NCBI GenBank assembly: GCA_046758445.1
Contig: JBHIAE010000021.1
Span: 1-53,305, forward strand
DNA length: 53,305 nt
From: Candidatus Thorarchaeota archaeon
GTDB taxonomy: Archaea > Asgardarchaeota > Thorarchaeia > Thorarchaeales > Thorarchaeaceae
Reading direction: 5' to 3'
In this document: positions 48,383 through 53,305 of the stretch, in pieces
Position numbering within the stretch: position 1 is the first letter of the stretch
Layout of the letters: every line of letters begins with the position of its first letter
Program-made: the position numbers and the translations under genes
Notes under the pieces: model-generated
Databases searched by the model: none
Told to the model about the DNA's origin: nothing
The model's input: only the letters and a program-made list of their open reading frames with translations

Positions 48383-48874
48383 GTGCACATGGAGAGTCTT
48401 GAGATACGGTCTATCAGTGACGCCGATAAGACTTGGGTTCGCCAAATGTCTATCGAGCATTGGTCATCCGAGGTCATGGTGACCAGAGGAAGGGTGTACC
48501 GTGTTGAGGATCTTCCCGGGTGCATTGCCCTGCTTGATGGTGAGAGAGTTGGGTTGCTGACATACTTTGTTCACGAAGATTCAATTGAGATCATCACCCT
48601 TAACAGCCTACTCGAGAAGCAGGGCATTGGGAGTGCACTGTTGTCTGCAGTCCAAGAGAGAGCAATGGAAATCGGACGTACAAGAATATGGCTGGTTACA
48701 ACCAACGACAATCTGGAGGCTCTGAGGTTCTACCAGAAGCGGGGATTCTTCATCAGATCGATATACAGTAATGCTATCAAAAACTCGAGGCGGCTGAAGC
48801 CAGAGATTCCACTGGTGAGTGAGAATGGGATCCCGATTCGAGATGAGATTGAGCTTGAAAGGTATCTCGCCTAA
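48383..48874 (+). CDS. GNAT N-acetyltransferase
   Basis: EKQGIGSALL, TTNDNLEALRFYQKRGF, GIPIRDEIELE. Confidence 0.92.
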   Translation: MHMESLEIRSISDADKTWVRQMSIEHWSSEVMVTRGRVYRVEDLPGCIALLDGERVGLLTYFVHEDSIEIITLNSLLEKQGIGSALLSAVQERAMEIGRTRIWLVTTNDNLEALRFYQKRGFFIRSIYSNAIKNSRRLKPEIPLVSENGIPIRDEIELERYLA

Positions 48875-48978
48875 TCTGACGGCGCGTGCCTTGTATCCCT
48901 GATGTGTGTTCCCGAGCCTAGAAACAGACAGCTTTAATATCCCTGGATGTGTGATGGCAAATGTCAGGAGAGGCGGCA

Positions 48979-49125
48979 ATGACTGACAATGAAGAGGAGG
49001 AAGTGGCTGAATCCCAAAAGCTAAGCAAGAGGGACAAGAAAGAACTACAGGACGGCGCATGCGTGAATTGTGCAGTCTTTCTGCTTATCTTCATGTTTGC
49101 ACTGTTCGCAGTGATGATACTTTGA
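48979..49125 (+). CDS. tail-anchored microprotein (48 aa), absent from the ORF track
   Basis: Hand translation MTDNEEEEVAESQKLSKRDKKELQDGACVNCAVFLLIFMFALFAVMIL*; AGGAG RBS and TTTAATA box upstream. Confidence 0.65.
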   Translation: MTDNEEEEVAESQKLSKRDKKELQDGACVNCAVFLLIFMFALFAVMIL

Positions 49126-49312
49126 CGAACTCAGTACAACAGCATCTTTCAAACATGTTTCGTCAATACGTTGAACTCGGATCAGATCTGAACACGACAA
49201 TCTAACATCTCGAATACACTTTTCTCCTAACTGCTCCAAGTATTCCGAAGTGCAAAACCGCTGGATAAACGGAGTGTAGAACCTCAGATTCACACGATGG
49301 AGAGTAAAGGCT

Positions 49313-50335
49313 ATGGATGAAGACTCAAATGGTACAACCCAGCAAAAGAGTGTTAGTGAACATGCATTCGATGCCGGTAGTATCATGATGAACTATGCGA
49401 GAGGGGTAGCACAGCACGGAAAGATGAACCTTGATGAGGCCATACGTTTCCTTGAAACCGCTCTGCAACTGTCCATCAAGTCAGACCACCCTGAATACAT
49501 AATGAAGTCCCAGATCCAGCTCGCCGCGGTTCATCTGAAACGCTATCGTGTACTGGGAAACGAGGAAGACTACCGTTCAGCCTTCGACTACTCAGACAAT
49601 TTGGCAAAGATGGCTGAAGAACAGAATCTTGTTCCGGGACTTGTGGAAGCACTGTTACTCCGGGCATTACTCAAGAGAACTGCGAAGGATTTTGGTGGTG
49701 CAAAGAAAGATCTGCTTAGAGCAAGAAGACTTGCTATAGAGAAGAATCTCACAAGCGTGCACAGCATTGTCAGCCGCGAGCTCGATGAATTTCAAGTCTT
49801 GCAGGAGGGACGAAGACTCGACATAGGGGAGTTAGAGAAGATTGACAGATACTTGGACAATGTTCCAGGTGTCTTCACCAGTCTCATGAACCAAGAAATG
49901 TCGAAGAAGCCAATCCTCTCGCCGGTGAAGCTCTATCAACTAATCGTTATGAACCCCGATATCGGACTGCCCATTTACACTTACAACTTTGAAGAAGTCA
50001 AAGAAACTGGTATACACGTATACGGATTGTTGTCTGCTGTTTCAACAGTAGGCTCTGAGATTATGCCCGATGCCGGACTAATACGGACTCTGACTCATGA
50101 AGGAAAGACCATAATGATGGAACATGATGGGGACTTGATGGGCGCTCTGATCGCCGACAGAGAAAGTTTTAGAGCACGGATGGGTGTAAGGAGTTTCATC
50201 AGTGGGTTTAGAGAGATTTACCCCTCAGAGAATTGGCGCGGTGAAGCATTGCCTGAGAGCGTGAGGGAGAAAGTGAACTTCCTTCTGGCCAGGAGCTTTC
50301 GTGAGCTAGTGCGAGAGGACAGAGTAGAGGGATAA
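49313..50335 (+). CDS. TPR-repeat protein with C-terminal longin-like domain
   Basis: N-terminal TPR-like helices. The C-terminal LYQLIVM..GLPIYTYNF...GLLSAVSTVGSEI...LIRTLTHEGKTIMMEH..LMGALIAD...FISGFREIY follows the bb-a-bbb-a longin pattern. Confidence 0.7.
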   Translation: MDEDSNGTTQQKSVSEHAFDAGSIMMNYARGVAQHGKMNLDEAIRFLETALQLSIKSDHPEYIMKSQIQLAAVHLKRYRVLGNEEDYRSAFDYSDNLAKMAEEQNLVPGLVEALLLRALLKRTAKDFGGAKKDLLRARRLAIEKNLTSVHSIVSRELDEFQVLQEGRRLDIGELEKIDRYLDNVPGVFTSLMNQEMSKKPILSPVKLYQLIVMNPDIGLPIYTYNFEEVKETGIHVYGLLSAVSTVGSEIMPDAGLIRTLTHEGKTIMMEHDGDLMGALIADRESFRARMGVRSFISGFREIYPSENWRGEALPESVREKVNFLLARSFRELVREDRVEG

Positions 50336-50348
50336 TTCTCCATCTGTA

Positions 50349-51485
50349 CTACGCTCTGGATTCTATTTCACGGTCAATCACGTTGATTACAGAATCGAAT
50401 CTCTCAAGTAAGAGTTTCCTCAGCTCTGTTCCAGCTGTGCCAGCAGTGGTTTCCATCTCGAATGCTCTCTCATACATTGTGCGAGCCTTTTCAAGTTCCT
50501 CCCAGAGTATTGAAAGAACATCACTGCCCATATTCGGAATCTCCTCAGGCAGGGCCTTCAGCCATTCAAGGTTTGCAATAGTCTGATCTCTCATCTCTTG
50601 AGGCATGGTAACATCTTCAATGGACAGCAACTCTTCGGGTGTCAGAGCATGTTCTAGCTTCTCCACCCGTCTTCTTGCAAGGATGAAGATCATTGAAGCG
50701 ACTAACACCACTGCAACAATTGCACCAACAACGATGAGCACCAGAGGTGGGCTGTCCAGTGGTGCTATTGGAGGAATCCCTTCGATTCTCGGCACGTGCT
50801 CAGTAGAACTGATCTGTGTCAAGCCCGATGGGTCCTGAAACGTGTCAATCTCATACGTTGCTGACCCGGTAATGGTAGAAGTGACATTGGCCTCCCATCT
50901 CTCTCTCTCAGCAACACAGACCGCCCTAATTCCATTCACTTTCACAACCGCTTCGGTATTGGAAACGTAGGTTCCATCTGGCTCATATCTCAAATTGAAA
51001 TGCATGGCCACTACTGCTCCAGGTTCGACTTCGAGTGTGTCTGGTGCAGGAATATCGACCTCGGGATCAAGCGCCAGCCTTCGGGCCCAGACTCCTGCTG
51101 CCGACACACAGACAAGGTCAAGCACGGCGAAACTGGGATGGGTACAAGTTCCAATCATAATCGTGGACCCTGACTTGGGATCATTGAAATCCTCCACGTC
51201 CGTACTTGGCGTGGAAGTGTCAGCCTCTGTCAACGTATCATAGGCAGAATCCGGTACTGCCTGTTGATTGGAAAATGCTGAATGAGCACCCAAGTCAGGT
51301 GAGATGTAAACGTTAGATACACTGTTGCCGACGTAATAATTCGTCGAAGAGGCCGACACATAGCGCTCGCTTGAACCTTGAAATTTCAACCCTGCAACTG
51401 GTGTCTGGCTGCTGAGAGGGATTGACAATAGTAGAATGAAGCTACATACGAATAGGAATGATAGAACGGATCCTCTTCGCTTCAA
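50349..51485 (-). CDS. secreted single-pass membrane protein with cytoplasmic helical tail
   Basis: Signal peptide, S/T/D-rich beta ectodomain, TM LVLIVVGAIVAVVLVASMIFILA followed by RRR, charged helical C-terminus. Confidence 0.7.
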   Translation of the reverse strand: MKRRGSVLSFLFVCSFILLLSIPLSSQTPVAGLKFQGSSERYVSASSTNYYVGNSVSNVYISPDLGAHSAFSNQQAVPDSAYDTLTEADTSTPSTDVEDFNDPKSGSTIMIGTCTHPSFAVLDLVCVSAAGVWARRLALDPEVDIPAPDTLEVEPGAVVAMHFNLRYEPDGTYVSNTEAVVKVNGIRAVCVAERERWEANVTSTITGSATYEIDTFQDPSGLTQISSTEHVPRIEGIPPIAPLDSPPLVLIVVGAIVAVVLVASMIFILARRRVEKLEHALTPEELLSIEDVTMPQEMRDQTIANLEWLKALPEEIPNMGSDVLSILWEELEKARTMYERAFEMETTAGTAGTELRKLLLERFDSVINVIDREIESRA

Positions 51486-51698
51486 TTGCCCTGCCTCTGG
51501 TTGGATTCAATGCTGGCCAGTAGTCTTGGAAGAAGGGATGTCTTGACCCCACAATCATCTGGACGGGTTATTTCACCCACCATTGAATCGGCGTATCAAA
51601 TGGCCGAAAGTACCGTGCAGTCAATACTTTATCTGTCTTATCCAGCTAGTGAAATCAACCCTCTGTTTGAAAAATGAAAATAGGATTCTGGCTGGCCA

Positions 51699-51727
51699 AA
51701 ACAAAGGAGAAGGGGCCGACCGGCCCC
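51699..51727 (-). terminator. hairpin plus T-rich tract downstream of the 51737 gene
   Basis: Minus strand GGGGCC-GGTC-GGCCCC followed by TTCTCCTTTGTTTT, about 10 nt after the stop codon. Confidence 0.55.
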
Positions 51728-51736
51728 CAAGTCAGG

Positions 51737-53089
51737 TTACTCTTCTTCTTCCTCACCGAATCGCTTCGGTTTGCCAAGACGCCTTGAGTCGTCGATTCGC
51801 AGACGGTCTGGATCTGGAGGCGCAGCACCAGGGTAGGTTGGTCTCTCGGGCTCCTCCAGTTCCTCAGCGACATCCTTGTCAACTTCATCAGGTTCTACTG
51901 GCTCGTCCTCCTCGCGGATTCTCTCGGCGACCCTCTCTGCGCGCTCAAAGAGTAGGTAGTACAGAGAAGTGAATGTCGCAACCAGAGGGAAGGCAAGCAG
52001 CTTTGCGATATCTCTGAAGAGGAAGTTCTGATAGATCTGATCCGTGGTTGCGGCCCAATTGAACCAGTTTGATAGGATTGAGCCAGCGCTGCTAGTGACA
52101 GCAATGATGCTGTCCACGAAGAAGAAACCACTGGCCAGGAAGAACGTAAGCAGAGGACCAAAGTCACGAGTTGCAACCCGGGATTCCTCAACTCCCTCGG
52201 TAACAGTCCTACCGACGCCGCTTAGGGCGTAGAGCAGGAAGAAGAGGGACATACCGATGTCAATTGGATTGATAGTAGGTGCACCGACACGGCGCATTAC
52301 GTTGACCAAGAAATAACCCGAGTACAACGCAATGAACACTGTCATCAGAGCTATGTTCAGAGCGGCTCCCCTTGCAGCGTATCTAAAGAAGGCGAGCAAG
52401 GACACAACTGCATAGAGGCCCAGCAACCCAACGGCAACCCAGACTAGAGTTCCGTGTGCCGTGAGGTTTGTTAATGCCTTGGGGAAGATGGAAGTCACCA
52501 GTGCACCGATTCCAAACATGTCCTCGGGAATCAGCCAAATCGCAGCCAGTATCTCTGCTGCAATTATACCTAAACCAATGAGGAGCACAATGAAGCTTCC
52601 AAGGCCAACGGCGATTCCGCCTTTCTTCGGCTCAGCAAGAGTGGCAAGTCGAAGGCTTGTCCTCGAAGACAAGTATGCCTGGAAAGCAATCCATCCTATC
52701 CAGCAGAATATCGCGAAGAACAGGAGTGCCTCTTGTCCAAGCCATATGGACAGGAACACGGATATGGCAAACGACATTCCTAGCCACGCCACACCCTTCA
52801 ACTCTGTGACTCTTCCACGTCCACGCCTTGTTATCCACAACCTGTCAGCCCCAATCCCCATGAACAGCGCTCCTAGGGCAAAGTAGATCGTACCTGTCGC
52901 GCCAACATACACGAAGAAGCTCACAAGGAAGAGCTCCTGTGGTTGACCCACATAGGCCGACATCAGGATTGAGAATAGGAATGCAAGGAAGGTCGTGAAC
53001 ATGAAGATGATCAAGTAAGAGATGTACCTACGAGTCTTGAAGAAGACGCGTAGACCGTCAACAATGTTTGATAGAATTGGGATCTCCAA
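51737..53089 (-). CDS. hypothetical polytopic membrane protein with acidic C-terminal tail
   Basis: About 11 TM segments. TTG start at 53089 preceded by GGGAGGA; E/D/P-rich tail. Confidence 0.8.
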   Translation of the reverse strand: MEIPILSNIVDGLRVFFKTRRYISYLIIFMFTTFLAFLFSILMSAYVGQPQELFLVSFFVYVGATGTIYFALGALFMGIGADRLWITRRGRGRVTELKGVAWLGMSFAISVFLSIWLGQEALLFFAIFCWIGWIAFQAYLSSRTSLRLATLAEPKKGGIAVGLGSFIVLLIGLGIIAAEILAAIWLIPEDMFGIGALVTSIFPKALTNLTAHGTLVWVAVGLLGLYAVVSLLAFFRYAARGAALNIALMTVFIALYSGYFLVNVMRRVGAPTINPIDIGMSLFFLLYALSGVGRTVTEGVEESRVATRDFGPLLTFFLASGFFFVDSIIAVTSSAGSILSNWFNWAATTDQIYQNFLFRDIAKLLAFPLVATFTSLYYLLFERAERVAERIREEDEPVEPDEVDKDVAEELEEPERPTYPGAAPPDPDRLRIDDSRRLGKPKRFGEEEEE

Positions 53090-53305
53090 ATGCGAATCCT
53101 CCCTATGACCGCAACAGGGTTGCCACGAGGATTTAAGGTTTGCATAGACCTCCTTGAATAGCGCCTGAGAGGCCAAAATCCGTGATTTTCCGTCGCCTGT
53201 TACGAAGTCCTTAATAGGATGCGCTTCCTTGCAGAAGGAGTGGTCAGGTCGTCAGTAGGGCCTAGTTTTGTAACATGCCCTCATAACATAACTCCCCCCC
53301 TCCTA

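Noticed and set aside
363-52886. Many short antisense or alternate-frame ORFs in the track (e.g. 30138-30692, 32913-33515, 47067-47693)
   Set aside because: They lie within well-supported genes and have shadow-ORF composition.

Overview
Gene-dense archaeal chromosomal window with about 45 genes. It is most likely from an Asgard archaeon, probably Thorarchaeia. That is an inference from TBP, an archaeal ATP-dependent ligase, IDI-2, ADP-forming ACD, a TPR-longin fusion and a WD40/helical protein. Most genes are metabolic or housekeeping: AbfD, FadH, lactate permease, sirtuin, HDAC, carbamate kinase, DNA ligase, YyaL and a radical SAM enzyme. The main candidate for an undescribed system is a three-gene operon at 23345-28532. 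It encodes an 895-aa helical-repeat protein, a divergent FtsZ/CetZ/tubulin-superfamily GTPase (GGGTGCG) and a 358-aa helical protein. Other notable points: (i) an intact PurQ-PurL-like pair that has lost its catalytic Cys and His residues; (ii) an IscS lacking the PLP lysine, next to IscU; (iii) an island of about 2 kb with a TBP gene, a duplicated 35-bp promoter/operator-like element and virus-like micro-ORFs, plus what looks like a second TBP ending at the window start; (iv) several eukaryote-like domain architectures and microproteins missing from the ORF track. I recognised no rRNA, tRNA, CRISPR array or transposase. All assignments come from reading motifs by eye; no searches were run.
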